Shown here: piece after piece, positions 16,944-27,536 of the stretch
Layout of the letters: every line of letters begins with the position of its first letter
Numbering within the stretch: position 1 is the stretch's first letter
Source of the DNA: Acidobacteriota bacterium
GTDB taxonomy: Bacteria > Acidobacteriota > CAIWXX01
Assembly (NCBI GenBank): GCA_040755995.1
Contig: JBFMAF010000049.1
Coordinates: forward strand, 157,519 to 221,518
Reading direction: 5' to 3'
DNA length: 64,000 bases
The notes under the pieces: model-generated
Told to the model about the DNA's origin: nothing
What the model saw: only the letters and a program-made list of their open reading frames with translations
Databases searched by the model: none
Program-made: the position numbers and the translations under genes

Positions 16944-19046
16944 CTATGCGGATTCTCCGCTCAGGACCGAGCTGACCTTCCTGAGGAACCCATCCCTCGT
17001 GAAGGGTTTCTGAAGGAAGGCGCTGCCTGCTTCGAGCATACCGTGTCGCAGGATGGCATCATCCGGGTATCCGGACATGTAGAGCACCTTCAGTTGCTGG
17101 TGTACCTTCGACAAGCGCGAAGCCAGTTCCTGTCCACCCATGCCTGGAAGCACGACGTCGGTTATGAGCAGGTCGATTGGTCCCTGGTGCTGGGCCGCCA
17201 GGGTGAGCGCGACCTGGGGAGTGGATGCCTCGAATACCCTGTGGCCGTGGGACACCAGGAGCATCCTTACCATGCCCCGAATCACATCGTCGTCTTCAAC
17301 CACAAGGATCGTCTCGGTGCCGGATAGATCAATCGATCCATTCACCCGGGTTGGCCGCGACATCCCGGCCACTTGCTGGAGCCGCGGGAGATATATCTCG
17401 AAGGTCGTCCCCTTTCCCGGTTCCGAATGGATCGATATGTGACCGCCGCTCTGCTTCACTATGCCGTAGACGGTCGAAAGCCCGAGTCCGGTTCCTCTCC
17501 CGCCCGGTTTGGTAGTGAAAAAGGGCTCGAAGAGGTGGGACATCGTATCTGCATTCATTCCGATCCCGGTGTCGGTGACGGCGAGCATCACATATGATCC
17601 TGGCAGAATTTCCCCGTGTTCCACGGCGAGCGTCTCGTCCAGCTCGGCGTTGTGTGTTTCGATCGTGAGCTTTCCTCCAGTAGGCATCGCGTCTCTGGAG
17701 TTGACGCACAGGTTCATGATCACCTGTTCGACCTGGGTTGGGTCAATCATGACCTGGCCCAGCTTGGGATCGAGCGCCAAACGCAGCTCGATATCCTCGC
17801 CGATGACCCGCCGCAACATCTTGTCGATTTCTGAAACCACCTTATTCAGATCGAGAGGCTCAGGGACCAGGACCTGCTTTCGGCTGAAGGCGAGAAGCTG
17901 GCGGGTCAAAGAGGCCGCGCGCTCGCCCGCCTTGCGGATCTGTTCGAGATCCTCCCTCATGGAGTCGTCTGGTCCCAGCTGATCTGCCACCACCTGGGTG
18001 TATCCCAGGATCGCTGTCAGGAGATTGTTGAAGTCGTGCGCGACTCCGCCGGCCAGGCGCCCGATGGCTTCCATCTTCTGTGATTGTCTCAGCTTCTCCT
18101 CCAGCTCACGCTGCTGCGTGATGTCCCTGAAAATCGCGAAGCGGAGTGCCTGACCCCCGAGCTCCACCGACGAAATCGAGACATCCACATGGACCTTTCG
18201 CGCGTCGGACCTCTGAAGAACCAGGGCGTCGCTCCGCATGCTGCCTTCCACGCGCAGTCTCTCGCGGAGCTGTGTGACGAGATCGATCTGCGCGGGGACG
18301 ACGAAGTCATAGATGCGCCGCCCGCAGATCTCGGCCGCGGCACGGCGGAGCATCAGTTCCATCTGGTGGTTCACCTCGATGATCGTTCCATCTTCATCTG
18401 TGACCCAAATGGCGTCGTTAGCCGTCTCCATGAGTGTTCGATACCGCTCCTCCGATTCCAGCGCCTTGGTCTCCATCTGACTCGCGTAGCGCTCGATCTT
18501 GGCGTTGGCCGAAGCGAGCTGCGCCTCTCGCTCCCGCAGCTGCCGGTTCGTCCGCACGATGTCCTCGAACGTGGAAATGAGCAGGTCCAGGATTTGGTGC
18601 TTCTCGGACGTGATCATGAACTTGGTGCCGAGAAACATGACCTCGACGCCCACCTTGAGCTTCCCGTCCGCGCGCAGACGCTTGGTTTCGAGTACGTTCC
18701 TGATGCGTTCTACCAGCATGCCCGGCTCATACGGTTTCGTAATGAAGTTGTCGGCTCCACATTCGAGTCCCCGGATGATGTCCATCGCGTCGCTCAAGGT
18801 CGTCAAGAGGATCACGGGGATATCCCTCTTCATCGGGTCTGCCTTCAGAGTGCGACAGACGTCGTATCCGGAGATGCCTGGCATCAGAATGTCGGAGACG
18901 ATGAGGTCGAAGGATGAGGTGCCGGCGAGCCGGAGCCCCTCTTCGCCGTCGAAGGCGACATCGACCTCGAATCCTTCCGATTCGAGGATCAGCCGCAGCT
19001 GCTCGGCCTGGGTCCTGCTGTCTTCAATGATTAGTGCTCGATTCAT
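16944..19046 (-). CDS. Hybrid sensor histidine kinase REC-PAS-HisKA-HATPase-REC
   Basis: N-terminal REC (IEDS..SDILMP..KP), PAS, AHDFNNLL, EPFFTTK, GTGLGL, C-terminal REC. Confidence 0.93.
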   Translation of the reverse strand: MNRALIIEDSRTQAEQLRLILESEGFEVDVAFDGEEGLRLAGTSSFDLIVSDILMPGISGYDVCRTLKADPMKRDIPVILLTTLSDAMDIIRGLECGADNFITKPYEPGMLVERIRNVLETKRLRADGKLKVGVEVMFLGTKFMITSEKHQILDLLISTFEDIVRTNRQLREREAQLASANAKIERYASQMETKALESEERYRTLMETANDAIWVTDEDGTIIEVNHQMELMLRRAAAEICGRRIYDFVVPAQIDLVTQLRERLRVEGSMRSDALVLQRSDARKVHVDVSISSVELGGQALRFAIFRDITQQRELEEKLRQSQKMEAIGRLAGGVAHDFNNLLTAILGYTQVVADQLGPDDSMREDLEQIRKAGERAASLTRQLLAFSRKQVLVPEPLDLNKVVSEIDKMLRRVIGEDIELRLALDPKLGQVMIDPTQVEQVIMNLCVNSRDAMPTGGKLTIETHNAELDETLAVEHGEILPGSYVMLAVTDTGIGMNADTMSHLFEPFFTTKPGGRGTGLGLSTVYGIVKQSGGHISIHSEPGKGTTFEIYLPRLQQVAGMSRPTRVNGSIDLSGTETILVVEDDDVIRGMVRMLLVSHGHRVFEASTPQVALTLAAQHQGPIDLLITDVVLPGMGGQELASRLSKVHQQLKVLYMSGYPDDAILRHGMLEAGSAFLQKPFTRDGFLRKVSSVLSGESA

Positions 19047-20100
19047 TCGAGTTCCCTCTTTCTCCCATTCGGATCACGTCAGTGAGTCGCAGGGCGATGG
19101 TGCCGACCGGGAGGACCGAGTCGGCGTATCCCGCGGCGATTGCGGCACTGGGCATGCCAAAGACCACGGAGCTGCCTTCATCCTGTACGATGACCATCCC
19201 ACCCGCGGAGCGAACGGCCGTGAGTCCCTCGAGCCCATCCTGCCCCATCCCGGTCAAGACGACTGCGATCGCGCCGCGGCCGAAGGCCCTGGCTACGGAT
19301 TGGAAGAGGAATGTAGCAGACGGTCGAAAGCCGCCGATGGGAGGCGCGCCGGAGAGCTCGATGGTGCGTCCCCCCGCGGACAGACCCAGATGCCGGTCGT
19401 CGGGTGCGATGTAGACGGTGGACGGGTTAAGCGATTCCCCGTTCTCCGCCACCCTCACCCTGAGCGGGGAGGCGTCGTTCAACCACCGTGCCAGTCCTTC
19501 CACGAAACCGATCGAAATGTGCTGGACCACGAGAATCGGTGCACCGAAGTTGCCTGGGAGGGCGGTGAGGATCTGGTTCAGGGCCACCGGCCCACCCGTG
19601 GATGCGGCCACCGCCACGATACCCGCTCGCACGCTCTGCTCGGTGATCCGCGCGGGGAACGGAGATCGCGGCAGGGTCCGGTCCGGCCACCGGCGCACGA
19701 CCTTCACCTGCGACATCGCCTTCACGGTCTGGACGAATCGGCGCGCTGTCTCCTCGAAGCCAGGTGAGTCGACTCCGGAGGGCTTCGCGAGGACAGTCAA
19801 GGCCCCCGCGCGCAGCGCATGCATTGACACTTCGACTTCACGGGCCCGGGTGCTCCCCGAGACGATGACAATGGGGACCGGCGACTCCACCATGATCCGC
19901 TTCGTGGCCTCCAATCCGTCCATCACCGGCATCTGGATGTCCATGGTGATCACCGTGGGCTTGAGCGCCCTTGCCATCTCGACCGCCTCGGCTCCGTTCT
20001 TGGCTTCGCCGACGACCTCAATCTCGCGGTCCGATCGCAGGACTTCGGCCAGCAGCTCACGAGTGGTGCTGGAGTCCTCGGCTATCAGCACACGAATCAT
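19024..20100 (-). CDS. cheB: Chemotaxis methylesterase CheB (WspF-like)
   Basis: REC plus ASTGGP, VVQHI, RPSA, VLTGMGQDG, VFGMP. Confidence 0.95.
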   Translation of the reverse strand: MIRVLIAEDSSTTRELLAEVLRSDREIEVVGEAKNGAEAVEMARALKPTVITMDIQMPVMDGLEATKRIMVESPVPIVIVSGSTRAREVEVSMHALRAGALTVLAKPSGVDSPGFEETARRFVQTVKAMSQVKVVRRWPDRTLPRSPFPARITEQSVRAGIVAVAASTGGPVALNQILTALPGNFGAPILVVQHISIGFVEGLARWLNDASPLRVRVAENGESLNPSTVYIAPDDRHLGLSAGGRTIELSGAPPIGGFRPSATFLFQSVARAFGRGAIAVVLTGMGQDGLEGLTAVRSAGGMVIVQDEGSSVVFGMPSAAIAAGYADSVLPVGTIALRLTDVIRMGERGNSNESSTNH

Positions 20101-20200
20101 AAGCGGTCCCCTCAGCTCCTTAGAGGGAGCCTTGTACCTGGTCGTGACCCGGTAGCGATGCGGCTTCGCGTATTCCAATCACGCCGGTCCTCCTCAGCAT

Positions 20201-22438
20201 CTACAAGAGTTGTGCGATCGTCCGAAGAAGATCGCGTTGGTCGAACGCGCTCTTCAACAGATAGGCATCGGCCCCCACTTCGATTCCGCGGGCCTTGTCC
20301 TTGTCGCTTTCGAGCGCTGTCACCAGAACTACCGGGAGATCGCGGAATCGCTTGGAGCCCCTGATCGCTTCGGTCAGGGCAAACCCGTCCATCCGCGGCA
20401 TCTCGATGTCCGCGACGACCAGGTCCGCTCCCTTTTCCTGAAGTATCTGCCAGGCCTCCGCTCCGTCGGCCGCTACGAGCACATCGTACCCGGACGCTTC
20501 CAGTATGCTCTTTTCCAGACTCCGAGTCGTCACAGAGTCTTCCACAACCAACAGCTGCTTGCGCGCCGCCAGCGTCGACTCCGCGAGTCGCTCGGTCACA
20601 CTTTGGGCCGGGGTCCTGAGAAGCGCGCTCCGCACGAGGTCGGCGGCGTTGAGGATGAGGGCTGCCCGGCCGCTCGGGAGGATCGTCGCTCCAGCTACGT
20701 TCCTCACGCGAATGAGACGCGCCCCCAGACTCATGACCACGATCTCCTGCTCCGCCAGCAGCTCATCCACGACGAACGCAGCCCGGCTGGTTCCCGAAGC
20801 CACCATGACGACAGGTATTCTTCCTCCGACCCGATCAGGCGCTCCGCCCGGCAGACCGAGGGTTTCGGCCAGCGAAACAAGCGGAACCGGAATGTCTCCC
20901 GAGAGCACGACGTCCCGGCCTTCGACCGAGTGGATTTCGCCGGGACGGGTCCGCAAGAGAGCAGCGATGTTCGTGTCGATAAACGCGAAGGTCTGGCCGC
21001 CGGCCCTGACGAGGAGAGCCCGCAGAGTCGAGAGAGTGAGCGGAACGTTCAGGATCAATCGGGTTCTTAGACCGGCCTCGAATTCCAGGTCCACCGTGCC
21101 GTGCACGGATTCTACATTACACTTGACGACGTCGAGGCCGATGCCGCGTCCGGAGACCTTTGTGATGATCTGCGACGTTGACACACCCGGAAGAAAGACG
21201 GCGCGCGCCAGATCGCGGTCACTCGCCGGCTCAGCGAGCCTCTTCTTCCGAACCTGCTCGTGAATAGCCGCGAGGTCGATGCCCCGCCCGTCATCGGCGA
21301 CGACGATCTCGACTCTGGCACCCTTCAGTGCCGCCGAAACGACGATTCGCCCGCGTGGACTTTTGCTGGCGCCCCGCCGTTCGCCCGATGGTTCGATGCC
21401 GTGATCCACGGCGTTCCGGACGAGGTGGAGGAGGGGGTCCTTGAGCCGCTCGATGATCGCGCGGTCAAGCTCGACCGCTCCTCCCTCGATAGTCAGGTCG
21501 ACTTCTTTCCCAGCAGCTTTCGACAGGTCTCGAACCACCCGAGGAAGACCCTCACATGCATCGGCAAACGGAATCATTCGGAGATGTCGCACGTCCTCTT
21601 CGATCGGGCCGGCCGCCTGATCGAGCACATGACGGTTCCCCGCCGCCAGATCGCCCAACCGCTCCAGCTCCCGCCGCATTTTCCGAAAATTCTCACCGGC
21701 ACGGGAGACAGATTGCCTGGCACGGTGGGGCATTCCCTCAGCAGAGCCTCCGTTGCCTCCCTGCGGAAGGTACTCACGTAGGTCGCCCCCTCGTTTCATG
21801 GCTCGTCTGAAGTATCGATCGACGTGGCGCCATTCCCCTTCCCAGTGTTCCACAAAGTCACGAAGCGCGGAGAGCTCATCAGACCAGAGTTGCAATCGCC
21901 GGCGCGCCACGAGGAGCTCACTGGTTCGCATGAGCAGAGCTTCCAGCCTCTCGGCGGGAATTCGAATGGATTCCGCCCCCGTGACGAGGCGCGCGGCGGG
22001 AGCGGCCACAGGGTGCTCGGGTGGCGTGGCGCCGGGACCACAGACGGCACCGTCGAGCCGGTCGAGGAGAGCGCCGAGCGGAGCACCGGACAGTTCCTTC
22101 CCAGCGCGGAGACGCGCGGCGGCGTCCCCTATCCCATCCGCCGCAGCGAACAGAAGTTGAATCAGATCTGGTCTAGGCTCCAGCCGCCGATCACGAAGAC
22201 CCGCGAGAATCTCCTCGAGCCGGTGGCAGGCCGACTCGATGAGCGTGATGCTAACCGAGTGAGAAGCACCTTTCAGACTATGCGCAGTACGGAAGAGAGT
22301 AGTGAGAAGCGCCGTGCGCGCCTCCTGCGATTCTTCTCTTTCCAAGGCGAGCAGGTCACGATTGAGCGCCTGCACGTGCTCCTCGACCTCGGCGATGTAG
22401 GTCGCCATGAGGCGCTGGATCAGCTTCTCTTTGTCCAT
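20201..22438 (-). CDS. cheA: CheA-REC hybrid (WspE/FrzE-like)
   Basis: HPT (FRTAHSLKGAS), HLVRNAVDHGIE, SGRGIGLDVV, CheW domain, C-terminal REC. Confidence 0.95.
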   Translation of the reverse strand: MDKEKLIQRLMATYIAEVEEHVQALNRDLLALEREESQEARTALLTTLFRTAHSLKGASHSVSITLIESACHRLEEILAGLRDRRLEPRPDLIQLLFAAADGIGDAAARLRAGKELSGAPLGALLDRLDGAVCGPGATPPEHPVAAPAARLVTGAESIRIPAERLEALLMRTSELLVARRRLQLWSDELSALRDFVEHWEGEWRHVDRYFRRAMKRGGDLREYLPQGGNGGSAEGMPHRARQSVSRAGENFRKMRRELERLGDLAAGNRHVLDQAAGPIEEDVRHLRMIPFADACEGLPRVVRDLSKAAGKEVDLTIEGGAVELDRAIIERLKDPLLHLVRNAVDHGIEPSGERRGASKSPRGRIVVSAALKGARVEIVVADDGRGIDLAAIHEQVRKKRLAEPASDRDLARAVFLPGVSTSQIITKVSGRGIGLDVVKCNVESVHGTVDLEFEAGLRTRLILNVPLTLSTLRALLVRAGGQTFAFIDTNIAALLRTRPGEIHSVEGRDVVLSGDIPVPLVSLAETLGLPGGAPDRVGGRIPVVMVASGTSRAAFVVDELLAEQEIVVMSLGARLIRVRNVAGATILPSGRAALILNAADLVRSALLRTPAQSVTERLAESTLAARKQLLVVEDSVTTRSLEKSILEASGYDVLVAADGAEAWQILQEKGADLVVADIEMPRMDGFALTEAIRGSKRFRDLPVVLVTALESDKDKARGIEVGADAYLLKSAFDQRDLLRTIAQLL

Positions 22439-22485
22439 AGCTCGCGGGACTCAGGCCGCCGTCGGGACTTGGATCATCTCCGCCC

Positions 22486-24129
22486 TCACCCTGCGTACCC
22501 CGTCAGAAGCTCCTTGAGCCTCCCGGCCAGGACATTGAGATCTTGGGCGGCGCGTTCGGTCTGACGTGTCGAGGCGAGACTCTGGTTCGTCACCTGGTCT
22601 ATGTTCTTCATCGCCTGATGGATCTGGCTCATGCCTATGGCCTGTTGACCGGCTGAGGCGGCTATTTGTGCGGACGCCTGCGCAGCCTCCGCTACGGTCT
22701 CGGCCAGGGCTCGAATTGTCTCGCCCGCCTGATTCACCACCTTGATTGCCGCGTTAACGCCCTTCGTTCCTTCCTCGGTCGCCATGACGGCGCTGTTTGT
22801 CCCCTTCTGAATCTCTCCGAGAATCTGCCGGATCTGGGCCGTGGCCTTCTTGGATTGGTCGGCGAGCGCCTTCACTTCCACTGCCACCACTGAGAAGCCC
22901 TTTCCGGCCTCTCCCGCGCGCGACGCTTCGATCGCGGCGTTGAGTGCAAGGAGGTTGACCTGTTCGGAGATGTCGTTAACGGTCGTGATGATCTCACCAA
23001 TGGACTGAGACTGCTCCGCGAGTGTCAGTATCGTCTCGGCAATAGACTCTGTCTGCGCCTTGACCGTTCCCATGGCCGCCACCGAGCTATCGACGGCCTT
23101 TCTTCCTGCCGCGCCGATCTCGACCGCACGCTGGGACGACTCCGAGACCGCCTTGGCGCGCTGGGCGGCCTGATCCGAGGTCTGCGCCACCTCGTCCACG
23201 GTGCTCACCGTTTCCGTCACCGCCGCAGCCTGTTCCTGCCCACCGGAGGCCTGCTGGGTCGTGGCCGCCAGGATCTCCGCCGCAGCCGAGGTCACTCTGG
23301 CCGACGCCTCGGCAATTGCACCCAAGAGGTCCTCCAGCTTGGCGCGTCCTTCGCGCTCCGTCTGAAGCGATGTCCGAAGCTCGCCCGCCATCCGATTGAA
23401 CGCCGCCCCAAGGTCCCCGATCTCGTCCTTGCTCCGGATCTCGATCTGATGCTCGAGTTTTCCAGCGCCAAGGAGCTTCGCCCCATCCGTCAGCCGGCGA
23501 ACGGGAATCGTGATGCTCCTTGATATGAAGAAGCCCACCGTCCCCAGCAACGCGAGGGCCATGAGTGTGCCGTAGGTTATTGTCCTGAACGTGAGTCGGG
23601 CCGCGGCCGCTGCCTCGGCCTCCAGTCCTTTCAGCACAGCCTCCTGCCCGCTGAGCAGCTCCTCAATCAAGCTCCGGGTCTGGTCCTTGAGCCGTTCGCC
23701 CTCCTCCGGATGGACATACTGCAGGGAGGCCTCCAGGCCCTTCTCCCTCCGCATATCGGTGCCTCGCTGCAGCCTGTCCAATCGCGATTTCACCAGCGAT
23801 CTGAGGGATCGGACTCGGATTTGCCCCTCCGGGTCATCCGCCATGAGTGATGCAAGCTCATCGAGATTCGTCTCAATCGTCTCGGAGATGGTACCGAACG
23901 ACGAAATGAAATGTTCCTCCCCGGTGAGAAGGTAGGCGCGTTGGGTCGTTTCGGCAGTGAGGAGGTTGATGTAGATGTTGCGAAGTGCCTTGCGGGTCTG
24001 GATCGAATGCGCCAGCCGTTCGGCACTGTCCACGACTTCGGTCATGTTGGAGTACACGATCCAACTCATGATGATCACGATGACCACTGCCGACCCGAAG
24101 CCCACTGCGAGCTTTCTCCCGACTGTCAT
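22486..24129 (-). CDS. Methyl-accepting chemotaxis protein (CHASE3-like sensor, HAMP)
   Basis: Two TMs, [16 protein letters not shown] ([13 protein letters not shown]), [25 protein letters not shown]. Confidence 0.95.
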   Translation of the reverse strand: MTVGRKLAVGFGSAVVIVIIMSWIVYSNMTEVVDSAERLAHSIQTRKALRNIYINLLTAETTQRAYLLTGEEHFISSFGTISETIETNLDELASLMADDPEGQIRVRSLRSLVKSRLDRLQRGTDMRREKGLEASLQYVHPEEGERLKDQTRSLIEELLSGQEAVLKGLEAEAAAAARLTFRTITYGTLMALALLGTVGFFISRSITIPVRRLTDGAKLLGAGKLEHQIEIRSKDEIGDLGAAFNRMAGELRTSLQTEREGRAKLEDLLGAIAEASARVTSAAAEILAATTQQASGGQEQAAAVTETVSTVDEVAQTSDQAAQRAKAVSESSQRAVEIGAAGRKAVDSSVAAMGTVKAQTESIAETILTLAEQSQSIGEIITTVNDISEQVNLLALNAAIEASRAGEAGKGFSVVAVEVKALADQSKKATAQIRQILGEIQKGTNSAVMATEEGTKGVNAAIKVVNQAGETIRALAETVAEAAQASAQIAASAGQQAIGMSQIHQAMKNIDQVTNQSLASTRQTERAAQDLNVLAGRLKELLTGYAG

Positions 24130-24758
24130 TCAGCACCTCCTTCGGCCTGGTTCACGAAGACGCGCGCGTCCTTGAGCAGGACGGCGCCGTCCAGAATGAT
24201 GAGAGCGTTCGCGGTTACACCCCGCACGTAGTCCCGGCCGATGCCGGCCACCGAATCAGGTGGCTCAAGTACGTCTGTCACGCGGAGTGTAGCGACGGAC
24301 AGAGCTTCGTCTACCAGCACGCCGAACTCCGCACGCGTGGACCCGAGCACCACCACCCGCGACAGATCGGTCAGTCCCCTCACGGCGACGCCGAAGAATC
24401 TGCGGAGATCCATGATCGCCACGATCTCACCCCGCAGGTTCATTATCCCAATCACGAAAGCAGGTGTCCCGGGCACCGGCGTGAAATCGACCAGCCGGGC
24501 GATTTCGCGAACGTATCGTGTCTCGATGGCATAGCTCTCGGCACCGAGCGCCATCGTGACGAGCTCCATGACCTCCTCCGCAGGCCGTGCAGGTTCCGGG
24601 ATTCCGGCCAGCAGTCGCGCGCGCTCGTCCATCACCCTTCGGCTTCTCTCCACCGATTCCTCGATCGTCCCTTCAAGAGCCGCCCTGACCCGGCTCAGAC
24701 GACCACGGATAGTGTCCCAGTCGAGCTCCTGGGGCCGATCGGGATCCCTGCGCGTCAT
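24126..24758 (-). CDS. cheW: CheW adaptor
   Basis: [31 protein letters not shown]. Confidence 0.92.
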   Translation of the reverse strand: MTRRDPDRPQELDWDTIRGRLSRVRAALEGTIEESVERSRRVMDERARLLAGIPEPARPAEEVMELVTMALGAESYAIETRYVREIARLVDFTPVPGTPAFVIGIMNLRGEIVAIMDLRRFFGVAVRGLTDLSRVVVLGSTRAEFGVLVDEALSVATLRVTDVLEPPDSVAGIGRDYVRGVTANALIILDGAVLLKDARVFVNQAEGGAE

Positions 24759-26218
24759 GACCCTGCCTCCAGGAGATCGATCTGGACCCGACATGCCTCG
24801 GCGACCCGTCCGGCGCATTCACCGTCGGAGAGCGGCACGGGTGCCTGCGCTGGCAGAGCCGAGCAGAGATCGAGGGCGTTGCGGTAGGACCGGCGCGCGC
24901 CGGCTGGATCGCCCAGGCGGCGAAGGACGGCGCCCAGCGCGAAGTGCGCGACCGCCAGTGATCGATCGATGTAGATGGCGTTCCTCAGCGATCGGGCGGC
25001 TTCAGAGTCGTCACCGAGGCTCAGGCGGAGCACCCCGCGCAAGAAATGCAGCTCCGCCGCGAGCGGACGCAGCGACAGTGCCTCCTCCACCTCAGACGCG
25101 GCCTGGGCCGTGCGTCCCATGTCGGCCAGAGCCCGCACGCGAATCTCTGCGGCTCCGGGCTCGGGATCGCCCGCGTGTGTCAGCTCCAGGGCCCGATCGT
25201 AGTGCCCCCGGTCAAATGCATCGCGGCGTCGTTCGAACATGTCCGCGACCGTAATGGGCGCCGGTGGTTGCAGCGGGGACGCCGGATGCGCCTCAGCGGC
25301 CACGGGCGGCAAGGAGGGAGCAAGGGCGGGAGCAGGAGTGGGCGACTGGGCCGCGTCCGATCCTGGAACTGGACGTTCCTGCAGCTGAGTCCCGTGACGA
25401 CGCCGGTAGAAGGTGCCGGCGGGGGTTGTTACAGTTTCGCATGGCACGATCTCTGAGAGCCACGGATCGGACGGCCCTGTGACCAGCAGCCCCCCGTCGG
25501 CGAGACACTCGAGCAGCCGGGCCGCCACCGTCTCGATCGTCCGTCGATCGAGGTAGATCATCACATTTCGACAGAGAATCAGGTCCATGCCCCAGGTGTT
25601 CGTGGCCATCGATGGGTATGAGTCCACGGCCAGATTCAGATACTCGAAGGTTACCCGCTCCCGAATGTGGGTCCTCAACGTCCATCGATCGCGGGCCCGC
25701 TCGAAATAGCGCTCCACGAATGCCGGGTCGCAGGCGCGCAGGGACCACTGCCCATAAGCTGCGGCCTGGGCTTTGGCGAGCGCCGTTCTGGAGATGTCGG
25801 TAGCGAGGATGTGAGCGCGAATTGCAGGACGCCTCTCTTCGATCAGAATGGCGAGCGAGTAGGCTTCCTCGCCCGAAGCGCATCCGGCACTCCACAGGCG
25901 AACCGGCCGAGAAGTCCCAATCCTCGCAGTGATCTCGGGCAGGACGCGCTCGCGGATGTGCTCGAAGAGCGCCGGATCGCGGAAAAAGTAAGTCTCTCCG
26001 ACGGTTGCATCCGCGATGAGGTCATCCAAGGCGATCGCTCCGGTCTCCATGAGTCGCAGATACTCGGCCGTACAGCCCGCCGAAGATCGTGCGACGGCCC
26101 GTCGCACGGCGGCTTCGATGTGTCCGGTGCGATTGGGAGGGAAGGTGAGACCGGTACGGGTGCTCAACAGTTGGGCAATGGCCTCGCACGCCGGGTCAGT
26201 CCAGGCGGTCGAGATCAT
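24755..26218 (-). CDS. cheR: CheR methyltransferase with C-terminal TPRs (WspC/FrzF-like)
   Basis: VGETYFFRD, WSAGCASGEEAYS, ATDIS, ILCRNVMIY, then TPR repeats. Confidence 0.95.
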   Translation of the reverse strand: MISTAWTDPACEAIAQLLSTRTGLTFPPNRTGHIEAAVRRAVARSSAGCTAEYLRLMETGAIALDDLIADATVGETYFFRDPALFEHIRERVLPEITARIGTSRPVRLWSAGCASGEEAYSLAILIEERRPAIRAHILATDISRTALAKAQAAAYGQWSLRACDPAFVERYFERARDRWTLRTHIRERVTFEYLNLAVDSYPSMATNTWGMDLILCRNVMIYLDRRTIETVAARLLECLADGGLLVTGPSDPWLSEIVPCETVTTPAGTFYRRRHGTQLQERPVPGSDAAQSPTPAPALAPSLPPVAAEAHPASPLQPPAPITVADMFERRRDAFDRGHYDRALELTHAGDPEPGAAEIRVRALADMGRTAQAASEVEEALSLRPLAAELHFLRGVLRLSLGDDSEAARSLRNAIYIDRSLAVAHFALGAVLRRLGDPAGARRSYRNALDLCSALPAQAPVPLSDGECAGRVAEACRVQIDLLEAGS

Positions 26219-26742
26219 TGCTTCTCCGTCTCCGCCGGCACCTCGGACAGCGCCTGGGAGAGCTGCTCTGACTCGGCCTGTGAGAGAAAACTGCGGAGGT
26301 CGTGGATCAGCACCAGACCGTCGGGTAGCTTCGCGATCCCGGCCACGTACTCGGCTCCGGGCACCGCCCTCGCCGGATCTTCGACTGCAGCAGGATTCAC
26401 TTCCGTCAGGTCGAGAGCGCGGTCGACGGAGACGGCTACGGTCCGGCCGCCTGCTGAAGCCACCACGAAGTGATCGCTCTCCCTGATTTCCCGTGTGGGC
26501 AGCCGAAACCTCGTGCGGACATCCAGAACAGGGACCACAGAACCCCGAAGGTTGATCACGCCCAACACGATCCCGGGGGCTCTGGGGAGCGGCACTACGG
26601 TTACTGCCCGCAGCACCTCCCGCACATCCTCGGATGGCACGCCGTACCGATGCCCGGCGATGTCCAGCAGCAGGATCTTGCGACGCTCGGGCACACTCCC
26701 CGCCTCGCTCTCCGCAGCCCGAGCCGCACCAACCGAGGTCAT
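26215..26742 (-). CDS. cheW: CheW adaptor
   Basis: LPRAPGIVLGVINLRGSVVPVLDVR. Confidence 0.92.
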   Translation of the reverse strand: MTSVGAARAAESEAGSVPERRKILLLDIAGHRYGVPSEDVREVLRAVTVVPLPRAPGIVLGVINLRGSVVPVLDVRTRFRLPTREIRESDHFVVASAGGRTVAVSVDRALDLTEVNPAAVEDPARAVPGAEYVAGIAKLPDGLVLIHDLRSFLSQAESEQLSQALSEVPAETEKQ

Positions 26743-27004
26743 GTGGCCGAGCCCGCGACGGCGAACGCGCTGCTGCCTGGTGACCCGAGCCAGTTCCCTA
26801 CCCGGCCCCCACTCGCTGTTTCCACAGTATCCAAATTCGGGCCCTCACATAAGGTAGATTTGGTTAGACGCCCACATCTTGCGTGGCTATCGAAAAAAAG
26901 TTGCGATCCGGCGCGGAGCGGGCAGAGTGGAGGCCCCGGCGCGGCCCACGGCGATCGGCGATCGTAGTACGTCTGGAACACCGGCCCTCCTCCTCTTCGA
27001 CGAA

Positions 27005-27020
27005 AGCAGGAAGCGTGCCA
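27005..27020 (-). promoter_or_regulatory. Sigma54 (-24/-12) promoter upstream of chemosensory operon
   Basis: Minus strand TGGCACGCTTCCTGCT versus consensus TGGCACGN4TTGCW. Confidence 0.75.
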
Positions 27021-27048
27021 GTGGGCCAAACCAAGCACCAGCATAGCC

Positions 27049-27115
27049 AAACCCCGCGTACAGCCGCGGCTGCAGTATCAACCGGTTCATAAACCATCAA
27101 CCTTGAGTTGAGGGT
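27049..27115 (-). promoter_or_regulatory. Putative enhancer/UAS, copy A (homologous to 62903-62979)
   Basis: Minus strand ACCCTCAACTCAAGGTTGATGGTTTATGAACCGGTTGATACTGCAGCCGCGGCTGTACGCGGGGTT. Confidence 0.65.
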
Positions 27116-27536
27116 CAGGGTGAGGGACTCCAAGACTCGGAGACTCTCGCTCCGAGGAGCCATCCACACTCGCGTCGATACACGGACACGGGGAGAAGCG
27201 GGGCCGGGGTACACAGGACGCGCAGGAAGCGACGAGGACCGCCGCTGGCTCTCAGGCCAGCTTCCCGAGCGGGCGTCAGCGCCCGGTCGAGGATCCTCGG
27301 GACGGGGTTGTTCTGCGAATCGTCAGTTGCCGCGGCATCGAGCGGAATAGAACTCACACTCATGGTGCCAGAATCGCGTCCTCAGCGATTCTCTATCTTG
27401 CACCGCTGCCCCCCGATGCTCGGATCTCAAGACTATAGAGTAAGGCACTCCGAATGCGGCTGTCAACAATCGTTCGAGAAGAAGGACGCGAACGAGAGAA
27501 CGAGGACGCGGAGCGGCTAGCGGCGAGGCCGCGGCT

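Noticed and set aside
26842..26869. dif/Xer-like site (ccctcacataa-ggtaga-tttggttagac)
   Set aside because: Only a partial match to the XerC and XerD arms; no recombinase or second site; probably chance.
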